From Basidiobolus meristosporus CBS 931.73 (taxonomy: Eukaryota; Fungi; Basidiobolomycota): a stretch of DNA of 64,000 nucleotides. The notes beneath the pieces are model-generated. The model worked only from the letters and a program-made list of their open reading frames with translations, was not told where the DNA came from and made no database searches. Each line of letters begins with the position of its first letter. Positions within the stretch are counted from its first letter, which is position 1. Below, piece by piece: positions 12,738 through 23,828 of the stretch. The position numbers and the translations under genes are program-made. The stretch covers positions 1 through 64,000 of the forward strand of contig MCFE01000380.1 in NCBI GenBank assembly GCA_002104905.1, in the 5' to 3' direction.

Positions 12738-13573
12738 ATGGCGACTTGGGTTCCGCAAGAGACGCGACAGAGAAAAAAAAGAGACGAAAAACAGCGACAA
12801 AAGGCCAATGGATTCGCGAAAGAAACCCTAAAGGGTAAAAACAAAGATTGGGAGATCCCAAGAAAGCTGCTGCATTGTTCCAACGGTACCCATGGCATTT
12901 ACCCTTTTTGTGCTGATGCAGTAAACTGATTGAACCCCTTGTCAAATTGTTAGGCCTGATCTGCTTTTATCTTTATGAACAACGTGTGCCTGTATCCCAA
13001 GTAGTCTATGGATTGATACTCTACCTTTGCATCGCTTTTGGCGCCGACATTATCCGTTTCCTCTTCCCGTCGTTCAACCAGCTGTATATCAAAGTAGTAG
13101 GATTTCTGATGCGCAAGGAGGAAGAAACTCAGGTGAATGGTGTGGTTTACTTTTTGGTAGGAGGTATAATCGCCCTGTACTTTTTCCCCCGAGATATCGC
13201 TCTTGTCTCAATCATCATACTCTCGTGGTGCGACCCCGCTGCTTCGATATTTGGTAGGCTGTGGGGCCGTTACACTTACCGTTTTTCCAACGGCAAGTCC
13301 GTGGCCGGCTGTTGTGGCTCTTGGCTCGTCGGATCTCTCATCACCTATTATTTCTGGGGATACTGTGTCCACAAGAATGAAGATTTCTCCTGGCAAACCG
13401 ACGCAGCGATTCCTTTGTGGGCCTTGAGTATCCTGGGCGGTACTCTAGGTGCAGTCACTGAATTGGTAGACATCCGAGGAATTGATGATAATTTCCGCAT
13501 ACCTGTACTTGTTTCCCTAGGATTTTGGATAATTCTGGTTGTATTTGGCCTAGGCTCACCAGCTGCCTTGTAA
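12738..13573 (+). CDS. DGK1: CTP-dependent diacylglycerol kinase (cytidylyltransferase family), 2 exons
   Basis: WEIPRKLLH, QVNGVVYF, LSWCDPAASIFGR, KSVAG, DDNFRIP; intron 12886-12953. Confidence 0.9.
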
Positions 13574-13761
13574 ACCCATTTAGATAGATCGAACAATATT
13601 CAATATTTATAGCAACACTCTTTGCTGGCCCCCGGTTCACTTAATACCAGCACACACAAATAAACACCTGTGGATCAGTCAAGTGAAGATTTTGCAAATT
13701 AGCGCCATTTATACACACAAATATTGAACTTTATTACACTTCATCACATACTTCAGGGGAT

Positions 13762-14199
13762 TTAAGAAATTGAGATCTTTTTGGGAGCGGCTTGCTCCTT
13801 CTTGGGGATCTTGACCTCCAAGACACCATCGCTGAAGTTGGCCAACACCTTCTCAGTGTCGACATCCTTTGGGAGGGGAATGGTACGGCTGAAGTTACCA
13901 AATTGGCGCTCTCGGTAAATGGAACCGCCCTCCTCATATTCCTTATTAATCTTGGTCTCCCCGGAGAGAACAAGACTATTCCCATGGATATCAAGGGAGA
14001 TATTCTCCTTCTTAACTCCAGGCAACTCCGCGTGCAAAACCACTTCCTTTCCAGTGTCGTGCATATCAATCGATGGGGACCAGGTGCGTTTGTCACCACG
14101 GTCAGTGCGGCGGACCAGAGGAGCACCGAAGAATGTGTTCACAAAGCGATCGAACTCGTCTTCGTAGTTCTCGTTGCGGTTGTATCTGAAAAGAGACAT
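13762..14199 (-). CDS. HSP20: Small heat-shock protein (alpha-crystallin domain)
   Basis: PSIDMHDT, AELPGVKKENI, ERQFGNFSRTIPLP, ANFSDGVLEVKIPK. Confidence 0.95.
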   Translation of the reverse strand: MSLFRYNRNENYEDEFDRFVNTFFGAPLVRRTDRGDKRTWSPSIDMHDTGKEVVLHAELPGVKKENISLDIHGNSLVLSGETKINKEYEEGGSIYRERQFGNFSRTIPLPKDVDTEKVLANFSDGVLEVKIPKKEQAAPKKISIS

Positions 14200-14250
14200 G
14201 TTTGTTCGTTTACTTGGTTGATGATATGACTTTCATAGAGTTGGACGCTG

Positions 14251-14374
14251 TATTTATACATGGAGCCTCTTGCATGTATTGCGCCACCGTTCGATGTTCA
14301 CGCTCCGTCGAGTTGCATATACTCATACTTCCCTATTCCATCGCCAGTAATTTGTTCATTGAAATTTCCAGAAC
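14251..14374 (-). promoter_or_regulatory. HSP20 promoter: TATA box and perfect three-unit heat-shock element
   Basis: TATAAATA on the minus strand at 14251-14258; GAAatTTCcaGAA at 14361-14373; a further GAAccTTCtaGAC at 14547-14559. Confidence 0.75.
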
Positions 14375-14847
14375 AATCAAGACGAGGATCAGAGGAACGT
14401 ATATATCAATGGAATTACGTAGGTGGAGGCTTCATTGATATTCTCGAGATTTCGCACATTATCCAGCAACTTCTACATGACATGCTGGCAAGGCGTGAGC
14501 AATATTAGTCACAAACAAGAAATCGAGGCTGGAATTTCAATGTTGGGAACCTTCTAGACTTCTTATACACTGACCACGTTGTTCCTAATGTCTCATATAG
14601 CCCTTTCCCACGATTGAACGCAGATCTTAGACAGCCGTCACAAATGAAATTATCCGAGCAGTAGCGCTGCGGGAAAAATGTGACTCGATGCTGAAGTCAT
14701 CAAAAGTCTTACGTGGTATTAACGATGGGTAGGGTACGCTTTAATCATGGGGCGTAGTTTGTATGGACAGGGTTCACAAACATCCTACACTCTTCACTAG
14801 CACATGTATTATGTATTATTATAGTTAACGTCTTGGTCTATGTATCG

Positions 14848-16325
14848 CTAATAGTAGTCATATTCATCACTTGAAGGCTCTTCCTCGTGATCTAATCCTT
14901 CTTCTAGCCGTGTTGTTAGTATAGGAACGAGAAGGCCTGGCAGTGGGACGTACCATTCTCATACTCGTCAAAGTCCGTCCAAGCCTCTTCTTCTGGGTAT
15001 TCGTTCTTGTAGTAGTCTTCAGCTAGAATGCACCATGTTGTTAATTCGGGAATTGGCATTGTGCCGTAAACATATTGCAAGTACCGTTCGAGTCCTCGTC
15101 TCCTTCAAAGTCACTACTATCTCCTTCATCATGAAGGAACACGTTATCTTCAGGATCGTCAAACCATATTCTACGTAGATATGCATGGGTCAGTGAGCAT
15201 GGCTTGAATTTGAACAAATGTGGCTTACAGCGAAGCAAGTTTGACGCTAGGCATGGTGGTGGCGTGGTTGGCGTCGTCTCGATAATATACGTCATACACA
15301 TATTCGTCATCATGTAGCTCCTCCTCCACTGGCTTATCGTTCACTGATATTGAAGTACACCATCAGTAGCTGCTGGGGCTTGATCGCTTGTAGCCAACAA
15401 TTAATATTACCAGAAAGATACTCCCGTAGCATTGGGAGGAAGTTGCACATAATGTCAGAATTTGGATCTTCTGAAGTAAACTTGGCTGTTTTAAGTGCCT
15501 CGCTGGAGAACGGGTCAGCCGAGACGGGGAGCGATGTTTGTGTAATGAAATTTTGTTTACCGGTCATAATCCTCTTCCCTCACAACGTCAAAAAGCCGGA
15601 ATCCATTATTGTCCCTGACAACCGAGCGGTTAAGATATATGGCACCAATGTTTCTTATCTCTCCATATTACCTCTGGCTTTCCTCTCCCATTATATCATC
15701 AATCCTGTTCTGGTTGATTACTTTGTATCTTGTGGACTCAATCTTCTGTTGGGCTTTCTGTTGAGACTGGAATCCACTGGGTAAGATATCGGCTGTTTAT
15801 CGGTACCATAAAGCAATACTCACAGATGAAAGCACCTCGGGAGGCCCTGTTTCTCTTCTGGATACCGGAGCGGTGGGTATCGGAGGAGGTGCGGGAGTTG
15901 TATTGGTCATTTTTGCTAGTTTATCCTTCGAAAGGATTTCAGGAACTGTATTTCGAAATATGGCGTGGATTGCGATCTACCTTTAGCTCCAAAGTTTTCT
16001 CGGCATCGCCGAAAATTTCGTGAGTGACAGTCTCGGCCAGTCTAAACATTTTCGGTACTATTATCGAATGGCGTTAAATGTATCGCACTTTAGCGAGCAG
16101 AAAATAGTCTCCAAATAACCTGCTATCTTCCTATTTTTTCTAAGCTTCTTTACTCCAGAAAGCTCATCCTGGACCACTTGAATGGCGATTAATAATGGAT
16201 CTAAGAAAGCCACAGTCAAACGAGGACGTACACAATGCTTCGAGAGGTTCATCGGTACGCTTTCTCTTGATGCGTAAAATGGTCAAGGAGCCGGTATGTT
16301 GTTGTGCTGGGATTATTTCTGCCAT
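14848..16325 (-). CDS. IWR1: RNA polymerase II nuclear import factor Iwr1 / SLC7A6OS-like, multi-exon
   Basis: N-terminal TILRIKRKRTDEPLEAL; spliced C-terminal DEDSNAEDYYKNEYPEEE. Confidence 0.85.
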
Positions 16326-16588
16326 GTCCAAGAGCAAGTTGTTCACCCAAGAGTGGCCAGATGTGTATTAACCAATATTGTAGACATCGGAAATCAGGGA
16401 TTTTTCATTTTTTAATACCATTTGTTGCTAATCAGAATTCCATGCTCAAACGCAAATATTTACGGTTCCGAGCTACTTGGACCCTGGAATTTCAAGTCCC
16501 TGGAAGGATGATGAATTAATTGAATAAGTATTAGCCTATGTTGAAGTAAGCCATCTTTCTGCAACAGGCTTGTCCACATATACTGAAC

Positions 16589-19040
16589 ATGTGGAACGAT
16601 GGGGAAAACATAATTATTGATGCACCGGCTTCTTTCAGAAAGAAGAACGGAATCATCGCATTAACTAATCAAAGACTGACCTGGCGTCTGGAAAACTCGC
16701 AGCACCTGACAGTGTCAGTTCCACGGTCGGAATTCAAAGGTGATACAAAAGAGCAAATTGGTTTTCTGAATAAACTCCTGGCGGTGCGTGTATTTAAATT
16801 TTTCTATTTTTCACTTGACCAGCTCAGCACATAAGCCCCGCAACTTCTGCGAAAGTCGTACTTAAAGTCACCTCAATATCTGCTGAGGAGGTGGAAGCTA
16901 GCTACACCTTCACATTCCTCTCAAAGAATGCGCTGAGAGAGCGTGACTCGTTCAAGGATAAAATCTCCAGCATTCTCAGCTCCCTGAGAACCTCCTCCCC
17001 TGCCACTTCTCTTTTCGTCCCTTCGCCTACCGGCGGAACGTCGACCCCTGGCTCTTCACCAATCTCCTCGCCAGTACCTACCAGCCTGCCTGCCCCAATG
17101 CCAAAAAAACTGAACCTCAAAATCCCAACCTTCAAAAGCCGTTCTGCGTCCCCTGTTAGATTTAGTACCAAACCCTTTACTAAAGAGGACATCGAAATAA
17201 GAAAAACCCTGTTGGCTAGAAACAGGGATCTCTCGGCTCTGCATAAGGAATTGGTTCTTGAGGGCCACGTCACAGAAGATGATTTCTGGGAAACACGGCA
17301 GGTGAGACCCCGTTTTTAATGGTTTGCCTTTAGATATACTGACACGACTCGATCTAGCATTTATTGAGAAATCAACAAGTCAAGCTTCGACAGCATAAAG
17401 GACAATCCTCAGCGTGGTTGGAGCTGAAACCGGTCCAACAAGAAGGAAACAACATCAAGTACACGCTGACGCCATCGATTATTCAAGGAATCTTCCTTCG
17501 CTACCCACCAGGTATTTGACTGGATCACCCTCTTGGAATCAGCAGCTATTGACGATGCCTCGCTGTGTTTACGTAGTGAAGAAAGCGTACGATTTGAACG
17601 TCCCTAACAAAGTAATATTCCATTGGGACGAGCCGATATTGCGCACGCATGTACTCATTCAATATTGTAGATATCCAAAGACGAGTTCTGGAAGCGCTAT
17701 TTTGCATCCAATTTTTACCACCGAGTACGCTCTGCCAGTCGGTTGAATGCTGATGCTCAGGATGACATCTTCGACAAGTGCTTGGTGGAAGATGAGAAAG
17801 GTAGTTAAGGATGTACTGCGTGTCGAGAAACCCCACTCTGACACCCGACCTAATCAACCACAGCTATCAGAGAACCTAGCAAAAGAGCCAAACTAGATCA
17901 CGTTCCGGTCATTCTCGATGTCAGCGCCACTGAGGAAGATCACATTGAGGTTGTTTTCATTGCTATCGTACCGGTCAAATCGTCGAGTACTCATTTTCTT
18001 GCGCGGCTTAGACGGGGTGTAAACCCGACTTTACAATGATCCCCGGTCAAAACGATCAGTCAGTTGCGCTAATGCGTAGATTCAACCGATTCTCTGAGCA
18101 ATTGCTTCGTTGTATTGGGTATTTGGAGCTCTTCATTGTAGACTAGCTTCGCCACACTCAACATTCTATTCGTATCTTAGGGATGCGCCGAACAAAAACG
18201 ATTTCGTATGTCTTTGCCAGAGATTTCTTGTCAGGGCGCGTTCTAACCCCTCTCTACCTATGGGCTTTCTAGACCAATGTCGAGAAAGAGATTGAGATTG
18301 AAGATCTCAAGAACCCCGATGAGCCTTCGACAGTTCCACTCGACATTCATGACCAGCGGAGATATTTCGAGAGTCAGAGTGGCCCAACAGAACAGGACGA
18401 GACCGTTGAGAATGTTCGTTGATATGACGATCTAGCTAGCACCAGAGCAAACATACTCACATACGCATTCTAGAACTCAAGCCAGACCTTGTCGAAATTC
18501 CGGGAGAGTTTCTCACGCTACAAGCTAACAGCGGTATTCAACTCTTGCCACACCATTCATAGCGATACCAACTCACATCTCAGCATAGCCTATTCTAGAG
18601 CCGGCTACATCCCTGGAGATCATGAAAAACCTGAACACCATGATCAAAGCAAAGCAGAGCATGTCCCAAAATCAAGGAGATGGTAAGTCGATTGGTTCTC
18701 AACTCCTTTTACCACAGAGATCACTAACAATGTTCAAGACGTCAAAATCACCCCAGACATGATGAAAGAGATCAACCACTGCCATGCCATCGCAAGCGAA
18801 ATCCTTCGACTTTTCTGGACCACCGCATCTTCAAACACCCCCGACAAGTTGACCAAGGTACAACGCACCACCGACCAACTTCGAAAAGTATACGCACGTA
18901 TCAAAACTGCATTAGAGCGCGGCAAAATCGAAAGACTGGATGTGGACAGGATGGAGCATATGCTTAAACCCACCTGTGTGTCCATCTCCAACGCACTTCA
19001 AGCCTTCGAAGCCAAGTCAAAGAAACGCAAGGCTCTGTGA
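16589..19040 (+). CDS. TFB1: TFIIH subunit p62 (PH + BSD domains), multi-exon
   Basis: PH-like ASFRKKNGIIALT..LTW and SPATSAKVVLKV; BSD motifs LHKELVLEGHVTEDDFWETR and SKDEFWKRYF. Confidence 0.9.
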
Positions 19041-19344
19041 AAATGGAGATTGATTGAGATATCCTTTTATTCTTTCGAATGGAGACCTTACCCTTGTATA
19101 TTTAGGCTTTTCTACGTAGTCATCACCCTCTTGTGGAAGAGACAAAAACCCGAATGTTTTGATCACAACCCGATATTAATAAACACATCCATAGAGAATC
19201 TCCGATCAACACCCGTTACAATGAAACCTTCACCGAGGGGACTTTGGGATGAAATTGAATTTATTTTTCCATTGACGAAGCAAAATAGCCCATCAAACAA
19301 GTATTTACGCCTTTCAGAACATTCGAAGAAGGGGGAGTTAGGGT

Positions 19345-19601
19345 TTAGAGACCCAACTTGGTACGTCTCCAGTGTCTGCGCTTGGCGTTGTATCTGATTT
19401 TGTTATCGGTACGCAAGCGGATCCAGTGAGGGATGGGTCTGTTTTGCTTCTGCTTCTTACCAAGGATGCGCTTGACCTTGAAACTTTTCTGGGAAGGCTA
19501 GAGTGGACGTTGGATGTTAGCTACGGTCGCATTCGATCCACGTAAACGGAGAACTGGATGGATGCATGTCGCAAGCACCATCAATGAATACTACTTACCA
19601 T
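19345..19601 (-). CDS. RPL39: 60S ribosomal protein L39 (missed by the ORF track; ATG-only first exon)
   Basis: ATG at 19601-19599, intron 19498-19598, exon 2 [50 protein letters not shown], 51 aa in total. Confidence 0.97.
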
Positions 19602-19912
19602 AGTAAATAATTGAACTGAATAGAGCCCGGAGAGAGAAAGAATTCCCTGCCAGATGGTGTGTATAAGAAGTCCTCAATCGCCCTCTTAATCAAGGGTGCA
19701 TTTCTCCCTCAACGACCAATCAACCGTTTATTTACTGCTCCAAATTAGGAATGAATCATTCCAGAACATCCCCAACCACCAATCAGCCCGCTCAAAGCAA
19801 AGGCACTCACACAGCATGGATTTCAGTCGCTCTTTCTTTATGTGCAAATTTTTAAGAAAGTTCGGGATATATGATGTGTAAAATAAGGTAGTTGAATGAA
19901 AGTCGTGGTACA

Positions 19913-21011
19913 TTAATCACTGTCATAGTTAATATTGACTCCATCCTCATCGGAGTCCGACTCGATCACCTCACGCTCAAAGAGCGAGACATCAACTGCG
20001 ACATCTCCTTCATCCATGTAGGTAGAATCGGACTTGGCAAGAGAAGCGTCGGATTCGAACAATTGTCGACCTATAGATGCCGAAGTAAGCCCCCTGAATG
20101 TACGGAATGTGGTGTCGAGAACATATTTACCAGTGAGTTTCCCTTTCTTGGCCTCCTTAAGCTTGAACTCCTTGCTGTTGCGTTCCTTCTCGGCTTTTTC
20201 GGCCTCGAATTTGGCTTGCCATTCCAAGAAGAGAGGAATGGTCAGCTTGGTTCCAACGAATTTTGCCTGCTCAGCCTGAAAGGTATGTTCATGTTACTAT
20301 AGAACTTGGAACGGTATCGATCAGATATGGGGATTTACCGCCAGCTCCTTCTCCAACTTCTCTTGTTCTAGTCTCTCTTTCTCCGCTTTCTTCTCCAAAG
20401 CTAAAGCTGACAGCAGCTCTTTCAATGTAGAGGCCAGGGAAAAGACCATCACCATACCGATAGACTCTTCAGCCTGTTGTGAATAGGCGAGCAAAGTTAG
20501 TGACCTCGCGGAGGTAGTCTAGGATGCGGTCGATACGAACCAGAGTTTTGAGCTCCTCAGTAAATTTCTCGAGCTCCTCCGAAGAAAAATCTCCTTCAAT
20601 CACCTCAATCTTGTATTCGGGTAGTTCATCCGGGTAAGTTGGTGTGTAGGTCACGTTTAGGTAGAGTGAGCCTAGTTGCGAAGATAGTAAATAAACGAGA
20701 CTTTCCTTGAGACGATCCAGGGTAAACAGGATACATACATGGGAACTCTTCTACTTCCTCCTCGGGGTTAACTAAAATGCGGAAGGAGTGGGGTTCCGAT
20801 TCAAGTTCTGTGTGAAAAGGCTTAGTGGTTGCCTTTTTAAAATGGCTTGAAAAAAGCGTTGGAACTCTACGAACCTTCGTATTCCTCTGGATAAATAGAT
20901 TGGAGAGCCTCAATCTCATTCAACTGCTCTTCAGCGTAATCTACAACACGGTGCGTTTGGTTAGATGGAAGCGCCATCTGAAGTGAAATGTAGTAGGACC
21001 CTACCAGTCAT
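19913..21011 (-). CDS. GIR2: RWD-domain protein (Gir2/RWDD1), multi-exon
   Basis: MTDYAEEQLNEIEALQSIYPEE, MTYTPTYPDELP, C-terminal KLTGKYVL and VDVSLFE. Confidence 0.88.
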
Positions 21012-21306
21012 GATGAATATTCTGATGTCTAGTACAGTTCAGAAATAGAAGTGATCTGCTCAATGTTGTATTTCACCCAGCTTGACCACCACACGCTAAC
21101 GCACACTGACTATTCTGGAGCAAGGCTTACTCGGATTGACATGTTAATCCCATTTTTTTTCTGATCACCATTTTTTTCGATAATGGTATAGGCTTTAGCG
21201 AGTTTTTAATCAAGTTGACTCCCACATGCCGCTTGAGAATGGAGAGTTTTGTGCACACTACCTCATTGGAAATGTTGGGATCAATCAAAATGGCACGAGT
21301 TTATTA

Positions 21307-23808
21307 TTAACAAGTAGAGATTAGCCCAATCGGACCAAATGGTCCGATTGTATTTAAATTATTTTGACCTCATAGCAAGGATATATGAAGTCTAAATGAA
21401 GTTTATGAAATCTCTCTGGTATGCACTTTGTGCTGGTATTTTGATTTTTTCAAAATGGTTGCAAATACTTTGTCTTATATTGCCTTTACTGAAGCAACTT
21501 TTGGCAAATTTTAATCGGACCAAATGGTCTAACACTTCATTGATGAATAATGGGTATGGCTTTAAGCAATTATATTTCAAACATTTAATAGCCAATCCTA
21601 CTAACTGCGAAGAATTATTGAGCATTATTTGTTTTTTCATATACCACCTTCAAGTGCCTGGTATAGCAGTCTTTACACATTGGGTGGCCAGGGTTGCAAC
21701 TGCATGAAAACTCAACCTTAGTGCCTGTAACATGAGCGGCAGTACAAGTTTTGCAAGCTAATCTACGGCGCTTTGAGCCATAACCTTTACTCATCGACAG
21801 GTAAGTGTGATTTTCATCACTTCTGAGTTGCCTCTGACTACCCAAGGGCCCCTTGATGTCTGAACCGGCCAAATTCTTACAATATTGCAAGAAATTGTAT
21901 GCTAAAATATCCTTGAAAGAGAAATGAGATACGCCACGCTTTTGGTAAGAAAATGTACGATAAGAGCTATAGGCATTGGCTTCGCAGATACCCAGGATGA
22001 AGCCGTAGAAACGCATCTCCCATCTTTCTGTAGATATAACATCATGATAAGATGTCAAATTATCTCGAAGGTTATTGGCAGCATCAACCGAACCTACAAA
22101 TATAGTAAATGGAGCACATGTTGTTTCTTCAAGACAGGATTCTACTTACTTTTATGGGTCTCATATTCTTCAACCACTTCCGGTCGCTGAATGGTTATCA
22201 CCTCACCATTGTCCCCTACAAAAGTTCTCCGTCCAGTAAGCCTTGTTGTGCTGCAAGAAGAAATAAATGCTTTGATCTTGTAATCACGGTAGGCGCAGAC
22301 AAAGATTCTCCCGCTCCTTGTTGTCTTGTTCATAGTAAAGTGAGCACCATACAAGTTGCCAACACTGGCAACAATATCGGTGGTGGGCATACCACATGGC
22401 CAGTAGCAGCGCTTAGTCACTTGCATAATGGAATACAGACCAAGTTCAGCCAGCATCATTGTCATATTTGGGGATCCGAACCAAGAGTCAGCAATAACGG
22501 TACGGCCAGTACCAAACCAAGGCTTGACTAATCGCTTGACAGTGGAAGTCAACTTGGACATACCAGGATCATTGTCATATTCCTTCTGTAACCAATCACT
22601 CACTGTATCTATTCTCAGGATACAAGCAGTGTGATGGTCTGCTAAAGTCTTGAACTCCTGTCCGATGGGATGCGGCTTCCTTGGAACTTTCTTAACATTG
22701 GGCAAACCAGCTCCTAACCATTGATTCATTGATTCGTCAATGACTAAATACTTGCAGGGCTCTAAACAAGTTTTCATGTGTTCATTAAAGGCGTCAATAG
22801 TTGATCTAATTTGATAAAGAGCATCGATTTCTTGATGTTCTCGGGAAGGGATTTCAAGAACGTGCATTTTCAGAATCTCTTTAAATCTTCTATACGACAT
22901 ATATTCCGTAAAGTCAATGTTCATTAAGAAATGAGAAGAGCCTTGCTTCCAGTAAGCTTTTTTGTCGGAATGATTGATAACTGTCATTACAGTTATTAAT
23001 GCAATCCACATCATGTACTCGGCAAATGTAATGTCAGTCCAGGGGCCAATGCTAGTTGCATAAGCATTAATCCTCCGAACGATAGTGCGAAAGTGATCTA
23101 AAGGAAGGAAGAACAAGAAATAATCCAGTGGTGAGGCATTTCTAGCATTTTTCATATTTAACCGAGCTTTCAAGGAGGTAAAACCATCAGCTGGCCCACT
23201 TGTACGGGAATCAATATATACTTCCCCAGTTATCCAGGTGTCTGCTGCAGTAAGGTCAATTTCATCTTCCTCCTGCTCCTCATCTTGGATTGCATCCTCC
23301 AATAGGTCTTCAGTAACAATACTCTCGGTAGTATTAGCAGTTGCAGGTTCAATGTTTCCCAAGGTATCATTACTGTTAGTCTTGATATACTTTAAACAGT
23401 TTTGTGAAAGAGTCAATGTAATCCCCGGTACCAGATCCAAAATGACATCATATTTCACATTGCCATTGACTGTTGAGCGTGCAGTGGTAACTCCCTTGAA
23501 GCTCAAACCAGGTGTATTCCAGTCAAAACGCAGAGATAAAAGTCGTTTGACTTCCTTATGTTTGATAAATCGCTTGGATACTGATACACGCACATTAACA
23601 TCAAGATGTTTACTGGCAGGAGGCATGGTTTAAGTCTTAAGAAAAGATAAAACGAATATGACGAATTATCAAAACAACTCCAAAAAATAAATATTCAGAT
23701 TCTTGTTTATCAGAATATGATATGAAATAAACAAAGTAAGGCATCCATCCAGAAAAAACAATTGTATTAAATTGGACCAAATGGTCCGGCCGAATCTCTA
23801 CTTGTTAA
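21307..23808 (-). mobile_element. Apparently intact piggyBac-like DNA transposon, body 21311-23804
   Basis: TTAA at 21307-21310 and 23805-23808; 12-bp terminal inverted repeat CAAGTAGAGATT; subterminal GGACCAAATGGTCC near both ends; open transposase inside. Confidence 0.93.
21615..23626 (-). CDS. piggyBac-family DDD transposase, ~651 aa after removing one 56-nt intron (22094-22149)
   Basis: VIDESM (D1), VIADSWFGS (D2), spliced KSSVDAANNLRD (D3), KVPRKPHPIG; C-terminal Cys-rich CKTC...CSC...CKDC...H. Confidence 0.9.
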
Positions 23809-23828
23809 TTATTGTGCTGATGATGGCT

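Noticed and set aside
13734-14229. Long antisense ORFs over HSP20; likewise over PUF6 (26172-26801), velvet (57339-57872) and kinesin-5
   Set aside because: Expected shadows of codon-biased genes on the opposite strand; no independent motifs.
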